NCBI GenBank assembly: GCA_964413125.1
Contig: CAYPSZ010000424.1
Coordinates: 9,140-73,139 of the forward strand
Direction: 5' to 3'
From: an uncultured Desulfobacterales bacterium
GTDB taxonomy: Bacteria > Desulfobacterota > DSM-4660 > Desulfatiglandales > HGW-15
Length of the DNA: 64,000 nucleotides
Under the pieces are notes generated by a model. That model had not been told where the DNA came from, did no database searches, and saw nothing but the letters and a program-made list of their open reading frames with translations. Position 1 is the first letter of the stretch. Each line of letters starts with the position of its first letter. The translations under genes and the position numbers were made by a program. Positions 42,365 to 56,328 of the stretch are shown in pieces.

Positions 42365-42907
42365 ATGATCCCACCGCCTGACATGTGCCTGTCACTCATG
42401 GAGAAGATCGGCATGCCTGAGCATATCCGCCGGCACTCCATCATGGTTGAACAAGCGGCGCTGATGATCGGGGCGGCTCACATTCAGTCGGGAACCAGGC
42501 TCTCCGAAGAGGCCATAAGGGCCGGCGCTCTTCTCCACGACATTGCCAAGGCGGATTGCTTCGAAACCGGCGAAGACCATGCCTCCAAGGGGAGAGACAT
42601 GTGTCTGGATCTGGGGTTCGGCGAGATCGCGGCCATCGTGGGTGAGCACGTGAGGCTTGTAGACTTCCGCCCGGAAGGCGAAATACTTGAAAAGGAAATC
42701 GTCTTTTACGCTGATAAAAGGGTCAATCACGATCGGATAGTAAGCCTCGAAGAGCGACTGGAGGACTTGATCCTGCGATATGGAAAAGGTCGCCGGGATA
42801 TCATTGAGAGGATTGAAAGAAACTTCGCGGTTTGCAGGGACGTGGAACGTAAACTGTTTTACGGGCTTGACTTCGGCCCCGAGGCCCTGGCCCGACTCAT
42901 TTCATAA
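42365..42907 (+). CDS. HD-domain phosphohydrolase (YqeK-like size and motifs)
   Basis: The ATG at 42365 is preceded by AAGGAG. The translation has HSIMV...AGALLHDIAK...GEHV...YADKR, an HD metal-binding pattern, in about 180 aa. Confidence 0.55.
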   Translation: MIPPPDMCLSLMEKIGMPEHIRRHSIMVEQAALMIGAAHIQSGTRLSEEAIRAGALLHDIAKADCFETGEDHASKGRDMCLDLGFGEIAAIVGEHVRLVDFRPEGEILEKEIVFYADKRVNHDRIVSLEERLEDLILRYGKGRRDIIERIERNFAVCRDVERKLFYGLDFGPEALARLIS

Positions 42908-42975
42908 GGTCCGGAGGCTTCACTTCAATTGCAGATCTCGTTCTGACGGGCCGGCAGAAACGTTGGAGGTAACAT

Positions 42976-43311
42976 ATGATGAAGAAGACCCTGGGAACTC
43001 TTGCCGCCGCACTTATGCTCCTTGCTGCGGTCCCATGGTGGGGGTCTGTAATCACAGACGCCGCCGAAAGCGAATCCGGGATCAAATCAACATCGGATGA
43101 ATCCGGCAGGGACTCGGAGCCCGAAAACAGCGATGACCTCAAGAAGGAGTTTCAGGGGCTCCTGGATGAACTCAAGGCCCTTGAGAAGGACGCTCGGGAA
43201 ATGATTCAAAAGGAGGTCATCCCCCGCATACGCGAAGAGCTCCGCAAGCTCCGCGAAAAGCTCCGGGATTTCGGCTCGGACGAGGACCAGCCGGATACCC
43301 GAAGAATTTGA
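42976..43311 (+). CDS. Small secreted acidic coiled-coil protein
   Basis: A GGAGG RBS, a signal peptide (MMKKTLGTLAAALMLLAAVPWWG), then a charged heptad-like region (KKEFQGLLDELKALEKDAREMIQKE...LRKLREKLR). Confidence 0.45.
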   Translation: MMKKTLGTLAAALMLLAAVPWWGSVITDAAESESGIKSTSDESGRDSEPENSDDLKKEFQGLLDELKALEKDAREMIQKEVIPRIREELRKLREKLRDFGSDEDQPDTRRI

Positions 43312-43317
43312 TGCCTT

Positions 43318-43536
43318 TTGGAGGAATCCACGACTTTGTCCATTAAATTCATCGCCCGGGAGCTCTATCGCCTGGGACGCGAAACAGAGGACTTGGAACG
43401 ACGTCTTTTGGAAATCCCAAATTCGGAACGGGAGGATCTGGAAGAGCGACTTCGCAAGGTTAAGGCTGAACGTAACCGAATGCGCAAGATCCTGGAAGGG
43501 GCCAAAGAAGACCCACCTTGTCGCCGCCCCAGGTAG
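43318..43536 (+). CDS. Small charged helical protein (hypothetical; start codon uncertain, TTG)
   Basis: A 72-aa ORF (LYRLGRETEDLERRLLEIPNSEREDLEERLRKVKAERNRMRKILE). It has no ATG start and no recognised family. Confidence 0.3.
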   Translation: MEESTTLSIKFIARELYRLGRETEDLERRLLEIPNSEREDLEERLRKVKAERNRMRKILEGAKEDPPCRRPR

Positions 43537-43625
43537 GTTTGAACGCATCACGGCAGGTTTGCTGAAACCTTTTCTTGATTTATGGACCTGTCATAAAGGT
43601 AAGCACAATCAGATCTCGGATCCGA

Positions 43626-45458
43626 ATGAAAAACTGTTTTCTTGTAATACTGTTTCTGGCTGTTGTGTGGTCCCCGTTTATTGGGACGGCATCTGATCAG
43701 ACATCTATAGAGGTGGATGTTATCCACTCGCAGGACCAATACCCTGCAGGGGGAACCTATTTCGTATACCTTCAAATACGAATCCCGGATGACTGGTATA
43801 TCTATGGGCCAGGGCCGAATAAGACCGGGTCGCCTCTGATTCCCACCTCAATATCCTTTGAAAAGGCCCCGGGTGTCGATGTTCGAGACATACTGTTTCC
43901 TAAACCTTCAACGCAGGACGTGTCCTTTCAGCAAGACCCCCTTCTCCTGTTCAAAGGAACAATACCCGTTCGGATAAGCTTAGACGTGGACCACGGCGCT
44001 TCTGCCGGACCTCGAGTGATTGAAGGGGAACTGTCCTACCAGGCCTGTACCGCGACCTTGTGCATGCCTCCGGAGACCACCTACATAGAACTGCAATTGA
44101 CTGTCGCCCCGAAAAAGGCCTTGGGATCGGTCATAAATGATGATCATATAATCCGATCCTCTGCATCCGTGCCGGCGGGTGCGGCTGTAACCCCCGGCAC
44201 CTCGTCCGGTCCGGGAATCCTGTTCACCCTGGCTGCACTCTTCCTGGGCGGACTGGCTTTGAACCTCACCCCTTGCATTTACCCTCTGATCCCCATCACT
44301 GTCTCCTATTTCGGCGGCGCCTCCACCCCTTCTCGGGGTCGAACCCTGTTACATGGGGGTCTCTACCTTGCAGGGCTGGCTTTCACCAACTCGCTACTCG
44401 GCGTAATTGCGGCCCTCTCCGGTGGAATGCTCGGAGCCGTTCTCCAAAGCCCGTGGGCACTGGTTCTTGTGGCGGCGGTTCTCCTGGCCATGGCTCTCAG
44501 CTTTTTCGGTCTTTGGGATCTTCGCCCTCCGACCGCTCTCAACAGACTCGCGTCACGGCGGGTCGGCGGTTATTTGGGAACGGCTTTTATGGGACTCACA
44601 CTCGGTGTAGTGGCTGCGCCCTGCATAGGACCTTTCATTTTAGGACTCCTGGCTTATGTGGGACAAAGAGGCGACCCGGTAATCGGATTCATCTACTTCT
44701 TTGCCCTGAGCCTGGGCATGGGACTCCCGCTGGCCCTTTTGGGGGTCTTCTCGGGAGCCATTGACCGGCTGCCCGGGTCCGGCGACTGGATGGTGTGGGT
44801 GCGAAAGTTAATGGGCTGGGTCCTGGTAGGAATGGCCGGGTACATGATCCTGCCCCTCCTTCCCCACGCCCTTTCCGGAGCAAGGCTTCCGGCCCTGGCG
44901 GCCTTGGCGGCGGGCATACACCTGGGGTGGATAGAGCGGACCGGGCGATCGAGCAGCGGTTTTCTCCGGTTTCGAAACGCAGCCGGCCTGATTCTCGTCG
45001 CAGGCGGCCTGTTTTTCTTCATCCAAGCGGGTTTTCATAGGGCACCCGTCCCCTGGACGCCATATGAGAGGGGCATGCTGAGAGAGGCTGCGGATCAGGG
45101 CAGGCCTGTAATGCTGGACTTTTCCGCGGACTGGTGCATGCCCTGCAGGGAAATGGACCAGCGTGTCTTCACCGATCCCCGGATCGTGGAGGCCGCCCGG
45201 CGGTTCGCAGCCATTCGCGTGGATTTGACCCACCGGCGCCCCGAGCATGAAGGCGTGAGAGAGCGCTTTTCCGTTAGAGGAGTTCCCACAGTGGTCTTTA
45301 TTGATCACCTGGGGCGCGAGATCCGCTCACTCAGAGTCGAATCCTATGTGGATCCTTCGGTTTTCCTCCAACGTATGGAGCGCGCACTGGAGGCGTCCAC
45401 CGGTCCTGCAGGCGCCGCGCCTTCCGCATCCCGGCATCTCTTACAGGTCACAACCTAA
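43626..45458 (+). CDS. dsbD: Thiol:disulfide interchange protein DsbD (alpha, beta and gamma domains)
   Basis: The ATG at 43626 encodes a signal peptide. The N-terminal domain has YQACTATLCMPP, the TM core has LNLTPCIYPLIP and VAAPCIGPFILG, and the C-terminal thioredoxin domain has DFSADWCMPCREM. Confidence 0.8.
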   Translation: MKNCFLVILFLAVVWSPFIGTASDQTSIEVDVIHSQDQYPAGGTYFVYLQIRIPDDWYIYGPGPNKTGSPLIPTSISFEKAPGVDVRDILFPKPSTQDVSFQQDPLLLFKGTIPVRISLDVDHGASAGPRVIEGELSYQACTATLCMPPETTYIELQLTVAPKKALGSVINDDHIIRSSASVPAGAAVTPGTSSGPGILFTLAALFLGGLALNLTPCIYPLIPITVSYFGGASTPSRGRTLLHGGLYLAGLAFTNSLLGVIAALSGGMLGAVLQSPWALVLVAAVLLAMALSFFGLWDLRPPTALNRLASRRVGGYLGTAFMGLTLGVVAAPCIGPFILGLLAYVGQRGDPVIGFIYFFALSLGMGLPLALLGVFSGAIDRLPGSGDWMVWVRKLMGWVLVGMAGYMILPLLPHALSGARLPALAALAAGIHLGWIERTGRSSSGFLRFRNAAGLILVAGGLFFFIQAGFHRAPVPWTPYERGMLREAADQGRPVMLDFSADWCMPCREMDQRVFTDPRIVEAARRFAAIRVDLTHRRPEHEGVRERFSVRGVPTVVFIDHLGREIRSLRVESYVDPSVFLQRMERALEASTGPAGAAPSASRHLLQVTT

Positions 45459-45461
45459 CCA

Positions 45462-46451
45462 CTACCATCGAATGAGCGCGGAACCCCAAGTCAGGCCGCC
45501 GCCGAAAACCGGCATGCAAACAATGTGGCCTTGCTTGATGCTCCCGTCCCGGACCGCTTCATCAAGGGCGATGGCGCACGAGGCGGAGGATATGTTTCCG
45601 TATTTGTGGAGGGTGAGGTAGAAGCGCTCGATGGGGACGTTCATACTCCTGGCCATGGACTGGAACATACGTAAATTGGCCTGGTGAGGGATGAACCAGT
45701 TAATATCCTCGATGGGGACGCCGTTATGGGATGCCGCCTCTTTAGCCGATTCGATGAAGTGTCTTACGGCCACACGGAAGCTGGCATTGGCTTCGATCAT
45801 GTTAAGGGTGTGCAGCTTCTTATCAACGCTCTCATGGGAGATCGGTGTGGTCCTGGAGCCGCCTCCGGGCATTAGGAGATCCTGGCCGTTGGCGCCGTCT
45901 GTGTGGATGTGGGTGGACAGGAGCTCCGGACCGCTGTCCCCCAGGGAGAGAACCGCGGCTCCGGCCCCGTCCCCCCAAAGGATACAGGTGGTTCGATCGG
46001 TCCAGTCGAGGGTGCGGGTCATGACCTCCGCACCCACCACGAGCACGATGCGGGCGGCACCCGTCTTCAGATACTGGGAGGCTACATTCAGGCTGAAGAT
46101 GTATCCTGAGCAGGCGGCTGTCACGTCAAAGGTCACGGCCTGGGGCGCATCCAGTTTGGCCTGTAGCCAGTTGGCAGCCGAGGGGCAACAAGTGTCCGGG
46201 GTTATGGTACCCACAATGATGAGGTCGGGGTCCTGCGGGGTAAGCCCCGCTGCTTCCAGTGCCTTCAAACATGCCTCCCGTGCCAGATCCGCGGTGGTCA
46301 CATCAGGCTCTGCTATTCGGCGCTCTTTAACACCCGTACGCTGAACGATCCATTCGTCAGTTGTTTCCAGGCCCATGGCCTGAAGGTCTTCGTTGGTCAA
46401 TCTCCTTGGAGGAACGTATGAACCGGTACCCAGGATCCGTATCGATGCCAT
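45462..46451 (-). CDS. fabH: 3-oxoacyl-ACP synthase III
   Basis: 329 aa with SYVPPRRLTNEDL...TDEWIVQRTGVKERR...AACSGYIF...IPHQANLR...GNISSAS, the canonical FabH motifs. Confidence 0.9.
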   Translation of the reverse strand: MASIRILGTGSYVPPRRLTNEDLQAMGLETTDEWIVQRTGVKERRIAEPDVTTADLAREACLKALEAAGLTPQDPDLIIVGTITPDTCCPSAANWLQAKLDAPQAVTFDVTAACSGYIFSLNVASQYLKTGAARIVLVVGAEVMTRTLDWTDRTTCILWGDGAGAAVLSLGDSGPELLSTHIHTDGANGQDLLMPGGGSRTTPISHESVDKKLHTLNMIEANASFRVAVRHFIESAKEAASHNGVPIEDINWFIPHQANLRMFQSMARSMNVPIERFYLTLHKYGNISSASCAIALDEAVRDGSIKQGHIVCMPVFGGGLTWGSALIRW

Positions 46452-46532
46452 GATCTTCCTTCAGTTTCAGTAGAGAAAGGGTCGGTATGTCTTTTTGTTT
46501 TCGCTCTTGGTGTGCTCTGTGGTCAGGCGCCT

Positions 46533-49016
<2,484 letters not shown>

Positions 49017-49113
49017 GACGATCTCCCCGGGCTCACGGCCCTTTTTTGCCTCAGGGGCGCAGGTGTTGCGACCCGAATATGCTCATAATTCCAAAGGGCT
49101 ATAATTTCTAGAA

Positions 49114-49142
49114 AATTTAGCACCAAACCTACGGGTTGTCAA
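49114..49142 (-). promoter_or_regulatory. Candidate sigma-70 promoter for ppsA
   Basis: The minus strand has TTGACA (49137-49142), a 17-nt spacer, then TAAATT (49114-49119), about 95 nt upstream of the start at 49016. Confidence 0.35.
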
Positions 49143-49326
49143 TTCACAAAAGATTCCATATCATCCTGAATCATGGGTTCCCCCCGGATTTATCGTTCAC
49201 GAGCGGCTACAGCTGCGACACCCGGGTGAAACCCGGGAAACGGAGTTTGTTTGATGCATAAGCATTGCACATTAAGGCTTGGTGAAAAGGACTTTTTGCA
49301 GTTGAGAGATCGGAGGAAAGCTCACA

Positions 49327-49908
49327 GTGGACATGGAACAAAAAACAAGGCCGGCCCTGGTCATTATCGACATGGTCAAAGACAACTTTGAAGAGGCGCA
49401 TAATCTTCCCATAACACCCTTTGCAAGGGAGATCATCGAACCGCTCAACCGGCTGAGCCGTGCTTTCCGAGAGAAAGGCTGGCCGGTGGTTTTTGCCACG
49501 GACGCTTTTAGCCGTGGGGACTTCATCTTTACGGGACGAATGCCGCCCCACTCCCTGGCCGGCACTACGGGAGCCGAGGTGGTTGACGACCTTGAGCGAA
49601 CCCAAGATGATCTATGGCTCCCCAAGCCGCGGTTCAGCGCCTTTTTCCGAACGAATCTGGACCGATGGCTGCACGAGCGGGCTGTGGGTCTGTGCGCCGT
49701 TGGAGGTATCGCCACCAACTTCTGTGTGCTCACTACGGCCATGGATGCTCTTTGCTGTGATTTCAGGGTTGTACTGCTGGAGGACGGCTGCGCTGCAGCG
49801 TCACGGGAGCTGCACGAACAGACCCTCGGCCTTTACCGGCGCAATCCGCTTTACCCGCTGCTAAGGGTTATGCGTACTTCGGATTTGCTTGAGGAATGCC
49901 TTGCCTAG
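49327..49908 (+). CDS. Isochorismatase-family cysteine hydrolase
   Basis: ALVIIDMVKDF...KPRFSAFF.TNLD..L...GV..L.V.GIATNFCVLTTA is the family signature with the catalytic Cys. The start is GTG at 49327 or ATG at 49333. Confidence 0.75.
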   Translation: MDMEQKTRPALVIIDMVKDNFEEAHNLPITPFAREIIEPLNRLSRAFREKGWPVVFATDAFSRGDFIFTGRMPPHSLAGTTGAEVVDDLERTQDDLWLPKPRFSAFFRTNLDRWLHERAVGLCAVGGIATNFCVLTTAMDALCCDFRVVLLEDGCAAASRELHEQTLGLYRRNPLYPLLRVMRTSDLLEECLA

Positions 49909-50221
49909 TTTCCATCCGGAGATGGTTATTTTCCGGATTGGCGCCGGCCGGCGCTTAAGGCCTCGGGATAGTATACAGCGGCGCGGTAAAACTCCTTTTG
50001 CCTTGACCCTCCCGGGGCGTTTCCATATATTGGCTTCTTGGTCAACCGTTTCATGAGCCTCCAGGTGATCCCAGGCTCGATAAAGCAGGAGGCAGCAGGC
50101 AGTTCCTGGAGTAGGTACGACTACGACTAAAATCATATCACGGCGCATCGGTTCCATTATTCCAGTTTAATTTCATTAGGTTTTAGAGTTTCCGAGACGT
50201 TTAATTAAGGGAGGTTTTTTT

Positions 50222-51388
50222 ATGGGAAAAGTTGGAATTATCGGGGTAGGACAAAGCGCCTTTGTCCGCGGTTACCCCGGCTCCGTTCGGGAGCTGGCCT
50301 TTGAGGGATTCAAGGATGCCATGAAGGATGCCGGGATCACAACCAAGGATATCGGCGCCTCCGTGGTCTGCTCGGCACCAGAGTACGACAAGCAGCGTTC
50401 CCCGGCAGGCGTGTTCGCCGAATATCTTGGGCTCACCCCCCAACCCACCTTTTACGTGGAGACGCTTTGTTCCTCCAGCAGCACAGGACTGAAGCTGGCC
50501 TACAGCCTTGTTAAGTCAGGGCTTCACGATTCGGTGGTGGTGATAGGGTTCCAGAAAATGAGCGAGATCAGTTCCGCTGAAAGCCAGGAACGCATGGGCC
50601 GCGGGGCCGACATCCAGTGGGAGAGTCCCTTCGGGACCATGATGCCCGCCTACTACGCCATGTACGCTCGCAATTATTTCGCCACATATGGTGCAACACC
50701 TGAAGACCTTGCTCATATCCGGGTAAAGGCGTCCACTTATGGGCAAATCAATGATAAGGCCGTTTACCGCAAACCTGTGACCCTCGATATGTTCTCCGAT
50801 CCGGAGAATCCCATGTCAGGGCCGGTGGCGAGCCCTCTTAGAGTGGGAGACTGCTGCGCCAATGCAGACGGCAGTTCCTGCATCATCGTAGCCAATGAGG
50901 AGAAGGCCAAGGCTTTGAGTGATAAGCCTGTCTGGATCCTGGGGATGGGGGCTGCATCCACTACTGTCAACCTGGCAGGAAGGGACATGTTCAACGGCCT
51001 CAGCGTGGGAATCGAAGCGGGCCGGCAGGCCTATGAGATGGCCGGGGTCACTCCCAAAGAAATCGACGTGGCCGAGGTGCATGACTGCTTCACCATCGCG
51101 GAGATGATGGCTTACGAGAACCTTGGGTTTGCCAAGCCCGGAGAAGGCCGGGACCTGATCCGCGGAAAGGAGACCTACAAAGAAGGGAGCATCCCAGTCA
51201 ACGTGGATGGAGGGCTTCTCAGCAAAGGACACCCCATCGGGGCCACCGGCGGCTCCCAGATCCGCACCATTGTGCTTCAGCTCCGCGGCGAGGCCGGCGA
51301 CATGCAGGTGAAGGACCCTGAGATAGGCCTTGTACACAACATCGGGGGTGTGGGCCTTTACGGAAACGTGACGATTCTAGGGAGGTAA
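50222..51388 (+). CDS. Thiolase-fold protein (SCP-x / archaeal-type acetyl-CoA acetyltransferase family)
   Basis: 388 aa with a strong RBS (AAGGGAGG). The translation has VETLCSSSSTGL (active-site Cys region) and GHPIGATGGSQ...NIGGVG at the C-terminus. Confidence 0.8.
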   Translation: MGKVGIIGVGQSAFVRGYPGSVRELAFEGFKDAMKDAGITTKDIGASVVCSAPEYDKQRSPAGVFAEYLGLTPQPTFYVETLCSSSSTGLKLAYSLVKSGLHDSVVVIGFQKMSEISSAESQERMGRGADIQWESPFGTMMPAYYAMYARNYFATYGATPEDLAHIRVKASTYGQINDKAVYRKPVTLDMFSDPENPMSGPVASPLRVGDCCANADGSSCIIVANEEKAKALSDKPVWILGMGAASTTVNLAGRDMFNGLSVGIEAGRQAYEMAGVTPKEIDVAEVHDCFTIAEMMAYENLGFAKPGEGRDLIRGKETYKEGSIPVNVDGGLLSKGHPIGATGGSQIRTIVLQLRGEAGDMQVKDPEIGLVHNIGGVGLYGNVTILGR

Positions 51389-51391
51389 CCC

Positions 51392-51829
51392 ATGGGAAGC
51401 AAAAAGGAAATAGACGCTCGATTCAGCAAGTTCGGAACGGTCACCTTCACCGCCACCACCAAGGTCAACGATTTCATTGATTACCTGGAAAAAGGAAAGG
51501 TTGTGGGGACCCGGTGCAAGGACTGCGGCATGATGTTCTTTCCACCCCGGGCGGACTGCTATAAGTGCCTTGCCGGTAACATGGAGTGGTTTGAGGTGAG
51601 CGGCAAGGGAAAGCTGATCAGTTACAGCAAGCTGGAGTTTGCTCCGCAGGGGTTCGGCGAGGATTTGCCTTACTCCATCGCGCTGCTGGATTACGGGGAC
51701 TATAAGGTTTTCGGTCGAATCGCAAACAGTGTCCCGGAGGAGGAGATCGAGGTGGGGATGGAACTGGAGACAGTTGCCAACGAACTGCCCGGCGGTCAGC
51801 TCAACTATGTCTTTCAAAAACCAGCCTGA
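51392..51829 (+). CDS. DUF35 zinc-ribbon/OB-fold protein (thiolase partner)
   Basis: 145 aa with GTRCKDCGMMFFPPRADCYKC as the rubredoxin-like ribbon, followed by an OB-fold. It starts 3 nt after the thiolase stop. Confidence 0.75.
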   Translation: MGSKKEIDARFSKFGTVTFTATTKVNDFIDYLEKGKVVGTRCKDCGMMFFPPRADCYKCLAGNMEWFEVSGKGKLISYSKLEFAPQGFGEDLPYSIALLDYGDYKVFGRIANSVPEEEIEVGMELETVANELPGGQLNYVFQKPA

Positions 51830-51912
51830 TGAAAGGCTGCGCCCCCTGCACCTCAGGGGGCGCAACTCTGTCCCCATTTCAAAACGATCCTTTGAACGCC
51901 TTTCACATCCCC

Positions 51913-52836
51913 ATGAAGCCATCACACCCTTCTTCGCCGGACTGGATCGAAGTCACCATTGAAGCGGACCCGGTGACTCACGAGGCCATAAGCAACTTTC
52001 TCATGGAGATGCCCGGCTGCGGGGGAGTTGTGGCTGAACAATCAGGTAATCGCATGTTGAAGGCATATTTGCCGGATGAAGGCTCCTCCACAGAGAGAAT
52101 ATGGCTTCACATAGAGGGATTCCTGCAAAGGCTCAGGGCCTTTTTCCCTGATGCAGGCCCTTCATCTTTACGGCTGGACAGGATCCAGGATCAGGACTGG
52201 CGCACGGCCTGGCGCATACACTTCGGCCCGGAACAGGTCACTCCCGGACTCCTCATACTTCCGGCATGGAGCCCGGCTCCCTCGGAATCCAAGACCCGCA
52301 TACTTCGCATGGACCCCGGACCGGCCTTTGGGACCGGTAGTCACCCCACCACCCGCATGTGCCTTCAGGCCATGGAGGACAGCGCCCCCAAAAGACCTTT
52401 CAGCCTCCTGGACGTGGGCACGGGGAGCGGCATCCTGGCCATGTACGGCGTCCTGCTCGGGGCATCTGCCTGTTTTGCCATGGATGTGGACGAGGAGGCT
52501 CTTCGCTGGGCCGAGTGGAACATCCATCTAAACGGTCTTGATGGAAAGGTGGAGCTTTCAGCAGCACCAATCTCTCAATTGAAGAAAACCTTTTCCATGG
52601 TCACCGCTAACCTGGTCCTGGACGTGATTTTGGATATAATGCCCTGTTTTCCAAGATTGGTGGGCCAGGGCGGGACCTTGGTACTATCCGGCCTTCTGAG
52701 AGAGCAAGTGCCTTTGGTTTTGCCGGACCTGGCCCGGAGCGGATTCACTGTGGTGGGGAGGCTTGAGAGGGATGAATGGGCCTGCATCGTGGCCCGGCGG
52801 TCTTTACATGGCCGTCCGCAAAAAGGGGCCGGCTGA
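51913..52836 (+). CDS. prmA: Ribosomal protein L11 methyltransferase
   Basis: Start taken at the ATG at 51913. The translation has DWRTAWRIHF...PGPAFGTGSHPTTRMCL...LDVGTGSGILA, the PrmA motifs. Confidence 0.8.
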   Translation: MKPSHPSSPDWIEVTIEADPVTHEAISNFLMEMPGCGGVVAEQSGNRMLKAYLPDEGSSTERIWLHIEGFLQRLRAFFPDAGPSSLRLDRIQDQDWRTAWRIHFGPEQVTPGLLILPAWSPAPSESKTRILRMDPGPAFGTGSHPTTRMCLQAMEDSAPKRPFSLLDVGTGSGILAMYGVLLGASACFAMDVDEEALRWAEWNIHLNGLDGKVELSAAPISQLKKTFSMVTANLVLDVILDIMPCFPRLVGQGGTLVLSGLLREQVPLVLPDLARSGFTVVGRLERDEWACIVARRSLHGRPQKGAG

Positions 52837-53615
52837 TGAGGCGGTTTTTCGTGCAGCGGATTCTCCCGGAGGACGGCATGATCCGGGTAACGGGCAGCGA
52901 GGCCGGGCACATGATACGTGTTCTGCGAATGGGGCCGGGCGACCGCCTCGTGATCAGGGACGATGCCGGGAGCCGATATCAGGCGGTGATAAGTTCTGTT
53001 TCAAAGGATTCCGCCTTGCTCATGCTTGAACGAACCCTTGCCCCTCCCAAGCCCTCCCCTCTGGAAATCACGCTCTGCCCTTCGCTTCTCAAATCCCGAC
53101 CCATGGACCTACTTATACAGAAGGCGTCGGAATTGGGCGTAGCTCGGATTCAACCCCATACCTCGAGGCGTTCCGTGGTTCGCCTCGATGGAAAGCGGGC
53201 TGAAAGCCGCGTACGGCACTGGAAGGAGATCGCGGTAAACGCGGCAAAACAGGCGGACCGGGTGGTCCCCGCCCGCGTGGAGGCTCCGGTCGCCTTTGAA
53301 AAGCTCTTGGACCTTTGGCGGGACCATCATATCCCCGGAATCCTCTTATGGGAGGCTGAAGAGGCATCCGACCTCAAGTGGTTCCTGGGACAGACCTCGC
53401 CTGCCGGCGGCCTTGCTGTCATAGTGGGCCCGGAAGGCGGTTTTCACCCTGACGAGGTGCGTGCCGCCCGGGAATCGGGCTTCTCTCCTGTCTCCCTCGG
53501 CAGACGTATTCTTCGGGCCGAGACCGCTGCGCTCGTGGTTGCCGCCGTGGTTCAGTACGAGTGGGGAGACTTGAGTATAATGCGGACCATGGTCCGCAAC
53601 CCGACAGTGGTATAG
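52836..53615 (+). CDS. rsmE: 16S rRNA (uracil1498-N3)-methyltransferase
   Basis: The ATG at 52836 overlaps the prmA stop. The translation has MRRFFV...EAGHMIRVLRM..GD...KSRPMDLLIQKASELGV...VGPEGGF...LGRRILRAETAA, the RsmE signature. Confidence 0.8.
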   Translation: MRRFFVQRILPEDGMIRVTGSEAGHMIRVLRMGPGDRLVIRDDAGSRYQAVISSVSKDSALLMLERTLAPPKPSPLEITLCPSLLKSRPMDLLIQKASELGVARIQPHTSRRSVVRLDGKRAESRVRHWKEIAVNAAKQADRVVPARVEAPVAFEKLLDLWRDHHIPGILLWEAEEASDLKWFLGQTSPAGGLAVIVGPEGGFHPDEVRAARESGFSPVSLGRRILRAETAALVVAAVVQYEWGDLSIMRTMVRNPTVV

Positions 53616-53655
53616 CCGGCTCCGGAGGCCGGTGATGTTGAATCGAACAAGGTGG

Positions 53656-54756
53656 CTACAGGGCCTCGACCAGGATCTCGGAGAGCTCTCTCACCGGAAG
53701 ACCCTTTTCCGTTGCAGGATCTTCCAGGGTCATTACACAGAAAGGGCAGCTCGTGGCAAGCACCTCGGCTCCGCAGCCCACAGCCTCCTCAACGCGCTTT
53801 TCGCTGTTTCTATGGTAGGGTATTTCCGCCTCAAAAAACATTCGACCCCCGCCTCCCTCACAGCAGAGTGAATTTTCCCTTGCATAGGAGAATTCCATTA
53901 GTTCGACACCGTTTACGGCATCAAGCAGGTACCTGGGTTGGTCATAGACTTTGTTCTGCTTTCCCAGAAAACAGGGATCGTGATAGATAACCTTCTTGTC
54001 ATATGGAGTTTTGAAGGACAGGGATCCTTTCTCCACCAGATCGGCCAGCACCTCGGTGTAATGTCTCACTTTGATGCCGGAGTCGCCGTATTCATTCTTA
54101 AGTGCATTCATGCAGTGGGGTGACAGGGCAATGATCTCTTCTACGCCGTACTTTTGAAACTTGGCCGAGTTTTCCTCCTGAAGTTCCTCGAAAAGTCCCT
54201 CTTCGCCCATCCTGCGAATTTCATTCCCACAGCAGGCCTCTTCAGGGCCCAGGATCCCGAACTCCACTCCACCTGCGTTCAAGAGTTTGGCTACGTTTAC
54301 CGGGATGACCATACAGCGAGGGTCATAGGCCTGGATGCAGCAGGTGAAGAGCAGCCTCTTAGATTCAGTGTCTTTGATATGGGGAACGTCTACGTCCTGG
54401 CCTTCTTCCTTGATCCATTCCCCCCTCTTGGGCCGGGGACGACCCCAAGGGTTCTTCTGGACAAAGGCGTTTTCAAGGGCCTTTTGGATGGATAGGGGGA
54501 TTTGTCCTTCCTCCACGAGTTCTCCCCTGAGGGCTATGATCATTTCCGACGGCTTCACGTCCCGGGGGCAGCGGAGAGTACATTCCCCGCAGGCACTGCA
54601 GTACCAGGCTATGATTTCATCAATGTCGCGTTTAAGAAATCGCTTGCGCACCAGCTTTCGAATGTTAAAGGGTGTAATGCCTGATTCCGGGCAGCTTCCA
54701 GAGCACATTCCACACTGCATGCACATATGGACTCGGCTTAGGGTCTCATTCTCCAT
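53656..54756 (-). CDS. HdrD/GlpC/LutA-type (Fe-S) oxidoreductase with two CCG domains
   Basis: 366 aa with CMQCGMCSGSCP and CSACGECTLRCP clusters and CCG-type motifs (EEACCGNE, HDPCFLG, SLCCEGGGG, SCPFCVMTL). Confidence 0.75.
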   Translation of the reverse strand: MENETLSRVHMCMQCGMCSGSCPESGITPFNIRKLVRKRFLKRDIDEIIAWYCSACGECTLRCPRDVKPSEMIIALRGELVEEGQIPLSIQKALENAFVQKNPWGRPRPKRGEWIKEEGQDVDVPHIKDTESKRLLFTCCIQAYDPRCMVIPVNVAKLLNAGGVEFGILGPEEACCGNEIRRMGEEGLFEELQEENSAKFQKYGVEEIIALSPHCMNALKNEYGDSGIKVRHYTEVLADLVEKGSLSFKTPYDKKVIYHDPCFLGKQNKVYDQPRYLLDAVNGVELMEFSYARENSLCCEGGGGRMFFEAEIPYHRNSEKRVEEAVGCGAEVLATSCPFCVMTLEDPATEKGLPVRELSEILVEAL

Positions 54757-54844
54757 TAGATTCGCTCCTTGTCTGCTATTTCAACACTACAAACACAAGA
54801 AACGGGAAATGTTCTTCATGGAAAGAACAACCATCCATGCGGCC

Positions 54845-56146
<1,302 letters not shown>

Positions 56147-56328
56147 TTAACCGCCTTGCCGCCTCAACGCCTAAATCCTGCCGGCATCCTGCCATGCCGC
56201 GGCCCGGGGGTCGATTTAATGCTTACCTTCCAATACGCAGGAAGGATGCACTATAGTTTATTTGTCTGTTGATGACAAGCTTCAACACTGATACATTATG
56301 CGGGTTATCTACCTGGAGGACCTTTTGC

